The notes under the pieces: generated by a model | Seen by the model: the letters and a program-made list of their open reading frames with translations, nothing else | The model's database searches: none | Told to the model about the DNA's origin: nothing | NCBI RefSeq assembly: GCF_028368995.1 | Contig: NZ_JAQNDL010000001.1 | Location: 1,536,001-1,600,000, forward strand | Length of the DNA: 64,000 nucleotides | Direction: 5' to 3' | Source: Nannocystis bainbridge | GTDB lineage: Bacteria > Myxococcota_A > Polyangia > Nannocystales > Nannocystaceae | Translations under genes and position numbers: made by a program | In this document: piece after piece, positions 9,582-20,800 of the stretch | Layout: every line of letters begins with the position of its first letter | Position numbering within the stretch: position 1 is the first letter of the stretch

Positions 9582-10709
9582 ATGACGCGCAGCCCGTCGA
9601 CTCCTCGCCTCCTCCTCGCCCTCGCGCCGCTCCTCGGCCTCGCTCCTGCCTGTGAAAAGGTCGATACCGCGCCGGGCGACACGACGAACATCGCCGGCTC
9701 CGAGGGCGACTCCGAGGCTGACACCGACCCGGCGAGCCCGCCGTCGACCACGACCACGACCAGCGCCACCGAGGGCGACGACTCCGAGGGCGCCGACTCC
9801 GAGGGCGACTCGGAGACCAGCACCACGACCGACCCCCTGCCCCCGGACGACGAGTGCCAGTTCCTCGTCGCCGACATGAGCCCCGACGAGATCCTCGCCG
9901 CCTGGACCACCTCGCAGTCGTGGGGCGGCGAGGATCGGCTCGAGTGGTGCGAGGGCGAACACTCGATGCCCTGCACCACCGCGGGGGGCGAGGAAGGCAC
10001 GTCGCTCTGCGTGGTCTCGTGGGGCGCGGAGGAGTGGACGACCTGCGCGGTCGAACACGCCTGCACCCCCGACGACGTGTTCGAAGAGGGCGAGTGCCAG
10101 GGCACCCACTGCGCCATTCTCGAGGGCGCGCTCTCGGTCGAACAGTGGTACAGCGAAGACCCGTGCTGCGGCACCGACGACCCGTGCTGCTGGACGCCGC
10201 TGGTCGTCAGCTTCGACGGCGAGCCGATCCGCTTCGAGGCCGCCGGGGCCGCGGCGTTCGACATCAGCGGCCAGGGCTCGTGCCTCAGCACCGACTGGCC
10301 GGCCCAGCCGTGGCTGGCCCTCGACCGCGACGGCGACGGGCTCATCGGCAGCGGCCGCGAGCTGTTCGGCAGCGGCACGCTCTTGACCACCGGCGTGCGC
10401 GCCAGCCATGGCTTCGAGGCGCTCGGCGAGTTCGATGTCGACCGCGACGGCAAGATCACCGCGGCCGACCCGATCTTCCACGAGCTGGTGCTCTGGTCGG
10501 ATCATAACAGCGACCGCCGCGGCGCCCTGGGCGAGCTGATGCCGGTCGCCGAGGCGGAGCTCATCGCCATCGACCTCGGGTTCGGCCGGCGTTACGACTG
10601 CGACGAGCGCGGCAACTGCGGGGTCGAGCGCTCGGCCTTCGAGTTCCGCGACGCCCTGGGTGCGGTCCGTAGCGGCCAGATCGTCGACGTCCACCTGCCG
10701 TGCCAGTGA
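9582..10709 (+). CDS. Cys-rich lipoprotein with a Ca-binding (RTX/EF-hand-like) C-terminal domain
   Basis: Lipobox LAPAC; Asp/Thr-rich linker; TPLVVSFDG, WLALDRDGDGLIGSGRELFG, DVDRDGKI, LWSDHNSD. Confidence 0.8.
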   Translation: MTRSPSTPRLLLALAPLLGLAPACEKVDTAPGDTTNIAGSEGDSEADTDPASPPSTTTTTSATEGDDSEGADSEGDSETSTTTDPLPPDDECQFLVADMSPDEILAAWTTSQSWGGEDRLEWCEGEHSMPCTTAGGEEGTSLCVVSWGAEEWTTCAVEHACTPDDVFEEGECQGTHCAILEGALSVEQWYSEDPCCGTDDPCCWTPLVVSFDGEPIRFEAAGAAAFDISGQGSCLSTDWPAQPWLALDRDGDGLIGSGRELFGSGTLLTTGVRASHGFEALGEFDVDRDGKITAADPIFHELVLWSDHNSDRRGALGELMPVAEAELIAIDLGFGRRYDCDERGNCGVERSAFEFRDALGAVRSGQIVDVHLPCQ

Positions 10710-10893
10710 GTCGTTCGGCGCCGCGCCCTGCGCGGCGCCGCCGGCACGCGGCTGGAGGTGACGGCGAGCTGCAGTCCCTCGTCGCCCCCGAGAGTGACAC
10801 CGAGAGCGAGGGCGGCAGCGCGACGGAGGGCGAAGGAGCTCCGGAAGCCCATGCAGCGGGGGAGCGACTCTCCCCCGGCTCGATCGCCTTCGC

Positions 10894-11634
10894 TCAGCCG
10901 CGGTCCGTCCGCTCGCGGCCACGCTCGCCGTGCGGGCCGAAGCCGCGCTCGCCACGGGGCGCGGGCTTGAAGGCGGAAAGCTCGGCCATGCTCAAGGCGC
11001 CGTCGCTGTTGGTGTCGATCGCCGCGAACTCGCCGGCGAGCCGCGGGTGGTCGGCGACCTCGGCCAGCGACAGCGAGCCGCTGGTGTCGACATCGGCGCG
11101 GGCCATGAAGTGGGCCGCGCGCTCGGCCGGGTCACGCTTGCCGCCGCGGCCCTTCATCGCCTGCAGCTCGGTGAGCCCGAGCTTGCCGTCCTTGTCCGCG
11201 TCGAGCCCGGCGAACTTGCCCGCGAGGCGCGGATGGTCCACGAGCTCGGCGGCGCTGAGGCTGCCGTCCTTGTCGGCGTCGAACTTCTGCACGAGGTGAT
11301 TGGCGCGCTCGGCCGGGTCGCCGTGGCGCTTGCCGCCGCCGTGCTTGCCGCCGCGGCCCTTCATGGCCCGCAGCTCGTCGCGGCTGAGCTTGCCGTCCTT
11401 GTCCGCGTCGAGCTCGGCGAACTTCGCGGCGATGCGATGCCCCGCGGCCTCGGCCTGCGAGATGGCGCCGTCCTTGTCGGTGTCGAGCCGCATCGGACCG
11501 CCACGACCGCGGCGGCCCTCGCCCTCGTGGTTCGACTCGGCGGCGAGCTCGGTGGACTCGATGTCTTCGCCGTCCTCGGTGTCACAAGCGAAGAGGAGCG
11601 CGACGGGGAGCAGGATCTTGGTGATGGCGTTCAT
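10894..11634 (-). CDS. EF-hand repeat lipoprotein
   Basis: Lipobox LLFAC; six DxDxDG-type loops (DTDKDG, DADKDG x3, DVDTSG, DTNSDG). Confidence 0.88.
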   Translation of the reverse strand: MNAITKILLPVALLFACDTEDGEDIESTELAAESNHEGEGRRGRGGPMRLDTDKDGAISQAEAAGHRIAAKFAELDADKDGKLSRDELRAMKGRGGKHGGGKRHGDPAERANHLVQKFDADKDGSLSAAELVDHPRLAGKFAGLDADKDGKLGLTELQAMKGRGGKRDPAERAAHFMARADVDTSGSLSLAEVADHPRLAGEFAAIDTNSDGALSMAELSAFKPAPRGERGFGPHGERGRERTDRG

Positions 11635-11993
11635 GGCGGGTCTTTCCTTGCGGGGCTTTCGACCCCGGCGATGCTGGTACTATTCGTCGCCCGACCCGCC
11701 CGCGCTCGCCCGCTTACGACCCCTTTACCCGCGGTTACGCGGGCGCAAACCGGGCCCGGACGGGCAGCGCCGGATCCGCAGCCCCCTCCTTTGCGCACCC
11801 GCTCCTCACGCCTCCCCCGCAGGGTCGAACCCCTCGGCCGCGACGACGATCGCGCACCGCACTTAGATCGGCGAGGTCGTACCAGCCCGTCGCGAAGCGT
11901 CCGGTACTTCGGCGATCGACGAATCACCGCACTCGCGCGTCGCCGACGCTGTCGCCGGCGCACGCCGGGACGGCTGGACGATCGCGCGGGCAC

Positions 11994-13259
11994 GTGGTGA
12001 AGTTCGTGCGAGAGAACGATCGCTTGCTTCCGTCTCCCTTCGCGGTTTGGAGCCTGGCTTGTGGCGTCGGCCTGATCGCCGCGACCGCGCGAGCCGCCAC
12101 GGAGCCGCCGCCAGAGGGCGCGCCGGCGGCTCGCTCCTGGTGCGCGAGCACTTCGCCGCAAGCGGGCGTGGCAGCGCTCGGCCACGCCCGCAGCCGGGTG
12201 TTCTTCCTCAACTACGACGGCGTGAGCCTCGCGCAGGGCGAGCAGGACGACGCGACCACCGACACGACGATGTTCGCGGAGTTCGTCGCCGACTACGCGC
12301 CGTACGGCCTCGGCAGCAAGCGCGACGCGTCGCTGCAGGCGGTCCTGGCCGACTGGGCCGCCTACGACGTGACGATCACCGATGTCCGGCCGCAGGCCGG
12401 CGCCTACGCGATGAGCGTCAACTCGCCGACCAACCCGTTCGGCGACGGCGTGACGGGTGCGTCCGCGCTCGACTGCGACGACGGGGTCGCCAGCAGCGTC
12501 GTGCTCGCGTTCCACGGCGCAGACGACGAATTCTCGGCGGCAGCCCAGGCGACGACGATCAGCCACGAGCTCGCGCACTCCTACGGGCTCGAGCATGTGG
12601 CCGAGCCCGAGGAGATCATGAACCCGACCCTCGTCGGCGTGGACGCGAGCTTCCGCGACGAATGTCTGGCCCTGACCGGCGGCGGCCCCCTCCACTGCGA
12701 GCAGCACCGGCGCTTCTGCGACGACGGCCGGCAGAACGCGCACCAGGAGCTGCTGTGGCTGTTCGGGCCCGCCGTCGCCGACACCACGCCGCCGGTGGTG
12801 ACGATCACCAGCCCGGCGGACGGGGACGCATTCGAGGCGCCGGCGCTGGTGACGATCGTCGCCGAGGCGAGCGACGAGATCGGGCTCTCCGCGGTCACGC
12901 TGCGCATCGACGGGCTGGCGCAGGCCGGCCCCGATTCGCTGGCGCCGTATCGCTGGCTGGACCGGCCGTTCGCCGCGGGCAGCCACTGTCTCACCGTGGA
13001 GGCGCGCGATCACGGCGCCAACGTGACGGTGTCGCAGGAAGTCTGCTTCTTCGTGGACCCGGGCGAGGACGAGGGCCTTTCCACGAGCTCCGGCGCGAGC
13101 GCGACCGCAGCCGAGGACTCGGACTCGAGCGGCGACGCCCAGGAGCGCGGAGACGAAGGCTGCGGCTGCGCGGTACGCAGCAGCGCAGGGACCGCGGCAT
13201 GGCTGGTGATGCTGGCCCTGGGCGGCGTCAGGCGCCGCCGCCGAGCGCCGAGCCCCTGA
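11994..13259 (+). CDS. Metzincin zinc metalloprotease with Ig-like domain and MYXO-CTERM
   Basis: HELAHSYGLEH + IMNP Met-turn; DTTPPVVTITSPADG Ig-like domain; GCGCA...TM...RRRRR tail. Start uncertain. Confidence 0.85.
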   Translation: MVKFVRENDRLLPSPFAVWSLACGVGLIAATARAATEPPPEGAPAARSWCASTSPQAGVAALGHARSRVFFLNYDGVSLAQGEQDDATTDTTMFAEFVADYAPYGLGSKRDASLQAVLADWAAYDVTITDVRPQAGAYAMSVNSPTNPFGDGVTGASALDCDDGVASSVVLAFHGADDEFSAAAQATTISHELAHSYGLEHVAEPEEIMNPTLVGVDASFRDECLALTGGGPLHCEQHRRFCDDGRQNAHQELLWLFGPAVADTTPPVVTITSPADGDAFEAPALVTIVAEASDEIGLSAVTLRIDGLAQAGPDSLAPYRWLDRPFAAGSHCLTVEARDHGANVTVSQEVCFFVDPGEDEGLSTSSGASATAAEDSDSSGDAQERGDEGCGCAVRSSAGTAAWLVMLALGGVRRRRRAPSP

Positions 13260-13438
13260 CCGCACGCGGGTGCATGCGAGACGTCCGGGTCATCAAGGCG
13301 CCCTCCAGCCGCATGAGTTCGCTGCGACAATGAGTCGCTGTGCGACCTCTCGTTGCGCCACGCCGCCACGGGTCGGATGATGGCTCATGGGGGCTCGCAC
13401 CGACGCAGCTCCCTCGGGCGCGTATGCCCGAAAGATAT

Positions 13439-13460
13439 GACATGTCCCTTCGGACATGTC
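13439..13460. repeat. TGTC-N6-GACA palindrome unit
   Basis: gacatgtc-ccttcg-gacatgtc. Confidence 0.9.
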
Positions 13461-13537
13461 TTCGATGCGTGCCGGCTGCACGCGGCCGTCGACGGAAGCC
13501 TCGCTGTGATACTGTGCCACGGCCAGGACCACCCGAG

Positions 13538-14998
13538 ATGAACGCACGCCGAACCCTCCTCGCGCTCGCCCCACTCCTTCTGGCCATCGTCGCACCGGGC
13601 TCGGCGACGGCGTCTCCCGCGGGGCCGCGCACGCTGTTCGACCGGCCCGTCACCGAGGTCGCGGAGCCGTCCGAGCAGGAGCTCGAGGCCCGGAGGCTCG
13701 ACTTCCAGAACATGCTGGAGGCTGGCGGGCTCGAGGTTCACGGCGACGTCGTCGGTCCGGCCGAGCTGTTCGCCGAATCGCCGGCGCCGACGACGGCTCT
13801 CGGTGAATGGCAGTACCCGCCGCACCGGGCCACGATCTTCCTCAACTTCTTCGGCGGCCAGATGACGAACGGCAGCAACGCCGCGTTGATGGAGTCGACC
13901 TGCATCGTCGGCAACTTCAAGTACCCCGGGTTCCTCGGCACCGAGGCCCAGGCGCTGGCGATCATCGAGACCTTCAAGAACCTGCTCGGGCCGTACGGGA
14001 TCCGGGTCGCGTACGAAAAGGCGCCCCCGCCCGAGCTGCCGTACGCCATGGTCATGATGGGCGGCAAGCCCGGCGATATCGGCATGTCCTCCGGCATCCT
14101 CGGGGTGTCGTGCAGCAGCGACTGCGGCGATCGATGGTGGCGCGACACGACCCTCGCGTTCACCGCCGCCGCCTCGCCGAGCCAGACCAACACCCTTTCG
14201 ACGACGGCGCTGCACGAGGCCGCGCACGCGTTCGGGCTCGGCCACATCGACACCGGCTTCAACTCACCGTTCGTCATGCACCCGTACGTCGACGGCGGCG
14301 ACAAGGTCTGGGGCGACAACTGCGAGGAGTACAACGACGCCACCGGCAGCATCAATTGCCAGTCGACCCACGACGTGTGGTGCGGCGGCGGGGCGCAGAA
14401 CACCCACGCCGAGCTGCTCGCGTACTTCGGGACCAACACCCCCGACACCGAGCCGCCGACCGTCACGATCGTCTCGCCCGCCGAGGATCTGAACCTCCCG
14501 CCGGGCTCCAACGTGGACATCGAGGCCGAGATCAGCGACGACCACGACGGCGCCGGCTGGAAGATCATGATCTACAAGGACGGCGAGCTCGTCGACGATC
14601 GCCCGAGCTTCAACTTCCAGAAGACGTGGTCGCTGTCGGGCCTGCCGCAGGGCGTCTACACGGTGCGCGTGCAGGCGATCGACCACGACCGCAACATCGG
14701 CTTCGACGAGGTCGTGGTGCACGTCGGCACCCAGGCACCTGGCACGGACACGGAGTCGGACACGGCGAACGGATCGGAGACCACCTCGGAGCCGACCACT
14801 TCGAGCTCCGACGGCAGCGCAGGCGTCGATACGTCGGAGACCCAGGACTCGGACAGCGGGGCCTCGGACAGCGGGGCCGGCCAGGCCGGCGTCGATGACG
14901 ACGGATGCGCGTGCGGGGTCGACGGCTCCCGGGGCTCGACCGCGCCGCTGGTCGTGCTCGGCGCCCTGGCGCTCCGTCGCCGTCGACGGACCCGGTGA
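13538..14998 (+). CDS. Metzincin zinc metalloprotease with Ig-like domain and MYXO-CTERM (paralog of the previous gene)
   Basis: Signal peptide MNARRTLLAL; HEAAHAFGLGH + VMHP; DTEPPTVTIVSP; GCACG...LRRRRR. Confidence 0.87.
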   Translation: MNARRTLLALAPLLLAIVAPGSATASPAGPRTLFDRPVTEVAEPSEQELEARRLDFQNMLEAGGLEVHGDVVGPAELFAESPAPTTALGEWQYPPHRATIFLNFFGGQMTNGSNAALMESTCIVGNFKYPGFLGTEAQALAIIETFKNLLGPYGIRVAYEKAPPPELPYAMVMMGGKPGDIGMSSGILGVSCSSDCGDRWWRDTTLAFTAAASPSQTNTLSTTALHEAAHAFGLGHIDTGFNSPFVMHPYVDGGDKVWGDNCEEYNDATGSINCQSTHDVWCGGGAQNTHAELLAYFGTNTPDTEPPTVTIVSPAEDLNLPPGSNVDIEAEISDDHDGAGWKIMIYKDGELVDDRPSFNFQKTWSLSGLPQGVYTVRVQAIDHDRNIGFDEVVVHVGTQAPGTDTESDTANGSETTSEPTTSSSDGSAGVDTSETQDSDSGASDSGAGQAGVDDDGCACGVDGSRGSTAPLVVLGALALRRRRRTR

Positions 14999-15101
14999 TA
15001 CGGACCTGACCGCGCATCGTGATGCGTGGTCGGGTCGCCCCACCTCGCGCTTGGCAGCGAACACTTCCATGCCATCCGGCCAGATCGGATAGGATGGCGG
15101 C

Positions 15102-16640
15102 ATGCGTCCCGTCGCCGTCCTCACCCTCCTCTCGCTGGCGTCGGCCTGCGCGAACACTCCTTCGGCGGCGACCGAGCAGGGCAGCGCGTCGGACACGAGC
15201 ACGGGCAGCAGCGGCAGCCTCACCGAGAGCAGCAGCGGCAGCCCCACCGAGGCCACGAGCACGGGTGATGACGGCGAGCCGCTCTGCCACGGCGGCCCGT
15301 GGGAGCGCGGGCAGCCGATCGCGGCGCCCGAGCTGCCCTCCGGAGACCCAGCAGCGGGCTACACGGCGCTGCTGACCCGCGATTACGTGAGTTGCGGGAT
15401 CCCCTGGGACCTGTTCGGCTTCGCCGAGGGCGTGCTCGGCGTCGAGGAGCCGCTGCCCGGTCGCGCCGGCAAGAACGCCGAGGTCGGCCACGCCTGGAAC
15501 GTCGTCACCCTCGCGGACGACAGCGAGCTGGTCGTCTCCAACTGTCTGCAGTGCCACGCGGGCTACTTCAACGGCGAGCTGATCGTCGGCCTCGGCAAGG
15601 CCTCGGCCGACTTCACGACCTCGCTCAGCGAGTTCGCCGAGCCGCTGCCCGACCTGCCCGAGACCAGCCTTGCCAACGCCGCCTTCAACAAGTTCAAGGC
15701 CCGCGCCGCGGCGCTCGGGCCTTATTCGACGATGATGACGGTCGGCGCCAACCCGGCGGTCATGTTCGCCATCATCCTGCTGTCGCACCGCGATCCGGTC
15801 ACGCTCGCGTGGAGCGACGAGCCGCTGTACGAGCTCTCCGCGGAATTGGTGCTCCCCGCCGATCCGCCGCCGTGGTGGCGCGTCGGCAAGAAGACCAGCA
15901 ACTTCGCCAACGGCATGTCGCGCGGCGACCACCGCGGGACCATGGTCCTGGCCTCGTCGCTGTGTACCGACAGCGTCGAGGAGGCCGGCCCCGTGGTCGA
16001 CTATTTCGCCGACATCCAGGCCTATCTCGCCTCGCTCGAAGCGCCCACGTATCCGTTTGCGATCGACGAGGCGCTCGCCGCTGACGGCGCGCAGGTCTTC
16101 GAGTGCAACTGCGCCGGCTGCCACGGCACCTACGCCAAGGACCCGGCGGCGGAGAGCTTCCCCAACCTGCTGATCCCGCTCGACCTGATCGGCACCGATC
16201 CGTCGTTCGCCACCCAGGCGGCCGCGGGCGGCTTTTATCACCACCTGCGCGAATGGTTCAACGCGTCGTTCTACGGCATGTTCAGCGAGGTCGTGACCGA
16301 CGACCCGACGCCCGGCTACACCGCGCCGCCGCTCGACGGCATCTGGGCGACCGCGCCGTACTTCCACAACGGCTCGGTGCCCACCATCGCGCTGGTGCTC
16401 GACAGCGCGGCCCGGCCGGGCGCCTGGCGGCGGCTCGACTACGACAGCACGAACTTCGACCAGGCCGCGCTCGGCTGGCCGTGGCAGCCCGCGCCGGCCC
16501 ACGCCGAAGCGCCCGCGAGCGAGCGCAAGTTCATCTACGACACGACCCTGTTCGGCTACGGCAATCGCGGCCACACCTTCGGCGACCACCTCGACGACGC
16601 CGAGCGCCAGGCCCTGCTCGAGTACCTCAAGACGCTCTGA
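15102..16640 (+). CDS. Di-heme c-type cytochrome lipoprotein, RoxA (rubber oxygenase)-like family
   Basis: Lipobox ASAC; CLQCH and CAGCH; PPPWW; YTAPPLDGIWATAPYFHNGSVPT; YDTT..GNRGHTFG. Confidence 0.8.
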   Translation: MRPVAVLTLLSLASACANTPSAATEQGSASDTSTGSSGSLTESSSGSPTEATSTGDDGEPLCHGGPWERGQPIAAPELPSGDPAAGYTALLTRDYVSCGIPWDLFGFAEGVLGVEEPLPGRAGKNAEVGHAWNVVTLADDSELVVSNCLQCHAGYFNGELIVGLGKASADFTTSLSEFAEPLPDLPETSLANAAFNKFKARAAALGPYSTMMTVGANPAVMFAIILLSHRDPVTLAWSDEPLYELSAELVLPADPPPWWRVGKKTSNFANGMSRGDHRGTMVLASSLCTDSVEEAGPVVDYFADIQAYLASLEAPTYPFAIDEALAADGAQVFECNCAGCHGTYAKDPAAESFPNLLIPLDLIGTDPSFATQAAAGGFYHHLREWFNASFYGMFSEVVTDDPTPGYTAPPLDGIWATAPYFHNGSVPTIALVLDSAARPGAWRRLDYDSTNFDQAALGWPWQPAPAHAEAPASERKFIYDTTLFGYGNRGHTFGDHLDDAERQALLEYLKTL

Positions 16641-16765
16641 CCGGCGGGTCCTCACCGGCGCCTGCGACGCTCGAAACGGGGCGGCGGCCGCAGCGGCGGC
16701 GATCTTGAGGATGTTCTCAGGAAACTCTCAAGCTCGGCCGCCCGGCTCGCGCTACACCGAGCGGC

Positions 16766-17851
16766 ATGCTCCGCCCGGCGCTCGCGACCTGCTGCGTGGC
16801 CCTCCTCGCCGTCTCCTGCATGTCCGAAGAGACATGCCCGGATCGGGCCCCCGACAGCCGACCCGCGAGCACCCCGACCGCGTGGGTCGAGGCCAGCGCG
16901 CCGCAGGACGTCTCGCTGCTGCAGGCCGCCGCCCGCGTCGTGCTCGCCGGCGATCGCCAGGCCGTGATCCGCCCGCTGTTCCGCGCCCGGATCACCCGCT
17001 TCCACGTCCAGGCCGGCGATCGCGTGCGCGCCGGTCAGCCGATCGTCGACGTCGTCATGCCCGAGGTCGTCATCGCCGCCGCCGGCTACCGCGGCGCCCT
17101 GCTCCGCGGCGCCGCCCACAACGCGCGCCGCGACAAGCTCACGGGCCTGCGCAACGAGGGCCTGGTCGCCGAGCGCGACGTCTTCGACGTCGCCACCCGC
17201 GCCGCGGAGGTCGAGCAGCAGGCGCTGACCGCCGCCGCCACCTTGCGGGCCGCCGGCCTCGATCCCTCGCAGGCGCGCGAGCTGCTGCAGAAGCCCGAGG
17301 TCACGCTCACCAGCGCCGTCGACGGCGTGGTCCGCGAGCTCAACGGTCGCCTCGGCGAGGTCATCGAGGGCCAGGGTCCGCCGATCGCCAGCGTCGTCGG
17401 CGAGGGCGTGCCGCGCGTCGAGGCTCGCTTCCTGCAGGCCCCGCCGGCGCGCGCCACCCTGCGGTTTCACGCCGTCGACGGCAGCGTGTGGCCGCTGCGG
17501 CCCGAGCCGCTCGCCCGCACCGTCGAGGCCGATGACGGCGCGATCGTCATGTGGTTCCAGGTCGAGGGCGATCGGCTGGCCGCGCCCGGTCTGCGCGGCA
17601 CCGTCGAGGCCTTCAGCGACGAGCCCGGCGTGGTCCAGGTCCCCGCCGGCGCGCTGCGGCGGCGTGACGACGCTCTGATCGTCTACCGCCGGCGCGACGG
17701 CCAGGTCGCCGCGGTCGCCGTCGAATTGCTCATGGCCTCCGGCGCCTCCGCGCTGGTGCGAGCCGTCGATCCGACGCAGCTCAGCGCCGGCGAGCGGATC
17801 GCCGAGGACGCCCTGGCCTACGAGCGGGCCCAGGCGGGGGCCGGCGCGTGA
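16766..17851 (+). CDS. RND efflux periplasmic adaptor (MFP) subunit
   Basis: FHVQAGDRVRAGQPIV lipoyl half-motif, helical hairpin, LTSAVDGVV, VPAGAL; overlaps the RND gene by 4 bp. Confidence 0.85.
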   Translation: MLRPALATCCVALLAVSCMSEETCPDRAPDSRPASTPTAWVEASAPQDVSLLQAAARVVLAGDRQAVIRPLFRARITRFHVQAGDRVRAGQPIVDVVMPEVVIAAAGYRGALLRGAAHNARRDKLTGLRNEGLVAERDVFDVATRAAEVEQQALTAAATLRAAGLDPSQARELLQKPEVTLTSAVDGVVRELNGRLGEVIEGQGPPIASVVGEGVPRVEARFLQAPPARATLRFHAVDGSVWPLRPEPLARTVEADDGAIVMWFQVEGDRLAAPGLRGTVEAFSDEPGVVQVPAGALRRRDDALIVYRRRDGQVAAVAVELLMASGASALVRAVDPTQLSAGERIAEDALAYERAQAGAGA

Positions 17852-20800
17852 TCGAGGCGCTCGTCCAGGCGTCGGTGGTCCATCGCCGCGCGGTCATCCT
17901 CATCACCCTGGTGGCGACGCTGTTCGCCGCGATCGTCGCCACCGGCCTGCGCTTCGACGCCCTCCCGGACGTCACCACCAATCAGGTCCTCGTCCTCACG
18001 CGCGCGCACGGCCTCACCCCCGAAGAGGTCGAGCGCCTGGTGACGCGGCCGATCGAGATCAGCCTCGGCGGCATCCCGGGCATGGTCAAGCAGCGCAGCG
18101 TCTCGCGCTACGGCATCTCCTCGATCACCGCCGTGTTCGGCGACGACGTGAGCCCGTTCCTCGCCCGCCAGATGGTGCAGGAGCGCCTCGCGCTGGTCGG
18201 CGACCGCCTGCCCGAAGACGTCGAGTCGCCCGAGCTCGGCCCGCTGTCCGGCGGCCTCGGCGAGATCTTCCACTTCACCGTGCGCTCGCCCGACCGCACG
18301 CCGGCGGAGCTGCTCGAGCTCGTCGAGCTGCGCCTGGTCCCGCTGCTGCGCGCCATCGAGGGCGTGGTCGAGGTCAACACCTGGGGCGGCGAGAAGCGCA
18401 CCCTCGACGTCGTCGGCCGCCCGGAGGCCATGGCGCGCTGGCGCGTCACGCTCGGTCAGCTCGAGGCCGCCGTGGTCGACGCCACCGGCACGGCCGCGGG
18501 CGCCAGCCTGGCCGACGGCACGCATCAAGTGCTGCTGCGCGGGGTCGCCCGGCCGACCACGCCGCAGGAGCTCGGCAGCGCTCTGGTGCGCCCGGCGGCC
18601 AGCGGCGAGCCCGGCCTGCGGCTCGCCGACGTCGCCGACGTGCGCTGGGGCAGCACCCCGCGGATCGGCGCCGCGACCTCGAACGGCGGCGGCGAGACCG
18701 TGTACGTGATGGTGCAGATGCTGCGCGGCGCCAACGCCCTGCAGGTCATGGAGCGCCTGCACGCACGCATGGCCGATGTCACCGCGACGCTGCCCGAGGA
18801 TGTCGCCGTCGACGTCGTCTACGATCGCTCGAAGCTGGTCTCGGCCACGCTCGCCACCGTCGCCAAGAACCTGCTCGAGGGCGGCCTGCTGGTCATCGTC
18901 GTCCTGTTCGCCATGCTGGGCAGCTTCCGCGCGGGGCTGTTGGTCGCGCTCGTGATCCCGCTGTCGATGGTGTTCGCGCTCGCCGGCATGGCGCTGCTCG
19001 ACATCCCGGGCAACCTCATGAGCCTCGGCGCGATCGACTTCGGCCTGCTCGTGGACGGCGCGGTGGTGATGGTCGAGGCCGTGTTCTGCGGGGCCGTCGG
19101 CGCGTCCCTGTCACCCGCGCGGATCGCCGACCTGACGCGCGGCGTGGCCCGCCCGGTGTTCTTCTCGGTGCTGGTGATCCTGCTGGTCTACGTCCCGATC
19201 GTCACGCTCACCGGCGTCGACGGCAAGATGTTCCGGCCGATGGCGGCGACGGTGATCATGGCCCTGCTCGCGGCCCTGATCCTCGCGCTCACCTTCATCC
19301 CGGCGGCCGCCGCGACGGTCCTGCGATCGCGCGACATCCCCGCCCGCGAGCCCCTGCTGGTCCGCCTCGCCGAGCACGCCTACGCCCCCGTGCTGCGCCT
19401 CGCCGCCCGCTTCCCGATGCTCGTCGCCGCGTCCGGCCTCGCCGCGCTGGCGGTGGGCGTGTGGCTGTTCGGGCGCACCGGCGCCGCCTTCGTCCCGCAG
19501 CTCGACGAGGGCGACCTGGTGATCCAGACCGAGCGCGCGCCCGACATCTCGATCGAGTCGGCGGTGCGCGAAGCGACCGCGCTCGAGCAGGTCCTGCTCG
19601 AGGCCGTGCCCGAGGTCCGGGCCGTGGTCGGGCGCATCGGCTCGCCCGCGGTCGCCACCGACCTCATGGGCATCGAGCAGGCCGACATGTTCGTCGAGCT
19701 GGCCCCGAAGTCACAGTGGCGACCGGGCCTCGACAAGGACGCGCTCGTCGAAGAGATCGACGCGCTGCTGGCGGCGCGAGCCCCGGCCGACGTCGTCGTC
19801 TTCACCCAGCCGATCCAGATGCGCTTCAACGAGCTGCTCGGCGGCACCGTCACCGACGTCTCGCTCAGCATCTTCGGCGACGACCTCGCGCAGCTGCGAG
19901 AGCTGGCAGAGCAGGCCGCCGAGGTCATCGAGGCCCAGCCCGGCGCCGTCGACGTCCGCATCATGGCGCCGCCGGACGTCGCGGTGGCCGAGGTCCGCCC
20001 GCGCATGCTCGCCGCCGGCAGCCACGGCATGTCGGCCGCCGACGTGCTGCGCGTCGTCCAGGCCATCCGCACCGGCATCACCGCCAGCCACACCTACGTG
20101 GGCCCGCTGCGCCTGCCGGTGCGGGTTCGCCTCGGCGAGCCGCCCCAGGCCGCCCTGCTCGCGCAGGTGCCGGTGCCCACCCCCGACGGGGCCCTGATCG
20201 CGCTCCACCACCTCGCCACCGTCGAGCAACGAGCGGCCGCGAGCCTCGTCAATCACGACGACGCCCAGCGCCGGATCGTCGTCGGCTTCAACGTCCGCGG
20301 CGCGGCCCTCGGCGACGTCGTCGAGGCGCTCAAGACCGAGCTCGCCGCGCGCGCCCCGTTGCCTCGCGGGACCCGCTCGGTGTGGGGCGGCCAGTACGAG
20401 TCGCTGGCCGAGGCGCGCGCGCGCCTGGCATGGGTCATCCCCGTGGTGATCGCGGGCATCTTCGCGGTCCTGCTGCTCGCCTTCCGCCGCCTGCGGCCCG
20501 CCGTCCTGATCTTCACCCACGTGCCCTTCGCCTGCGTCGGCGGCATCGTCGCCCTGACCCTGCGCGGCCTCCCGCTGTCGCTGTCCGCCGCGATCGGCTT
20601 CATCGCCCTCAGCGGGATCGCGGTGCTCAACGGCGTGGTGCTGCTGGCGCAGATCGATCTGCTCACGGCCCAGGGTCACGGTCCGCGGCGCGCGGCGCTG
20701 GACGCCGCCGCGTCGCGCATGCGCCCGGTGCTGATGACCGCGCTGGTGGCCGCGCTCGGGTTCGTGCCGATGATGCTGGCCACCGGCACCGGCGCCGAGG

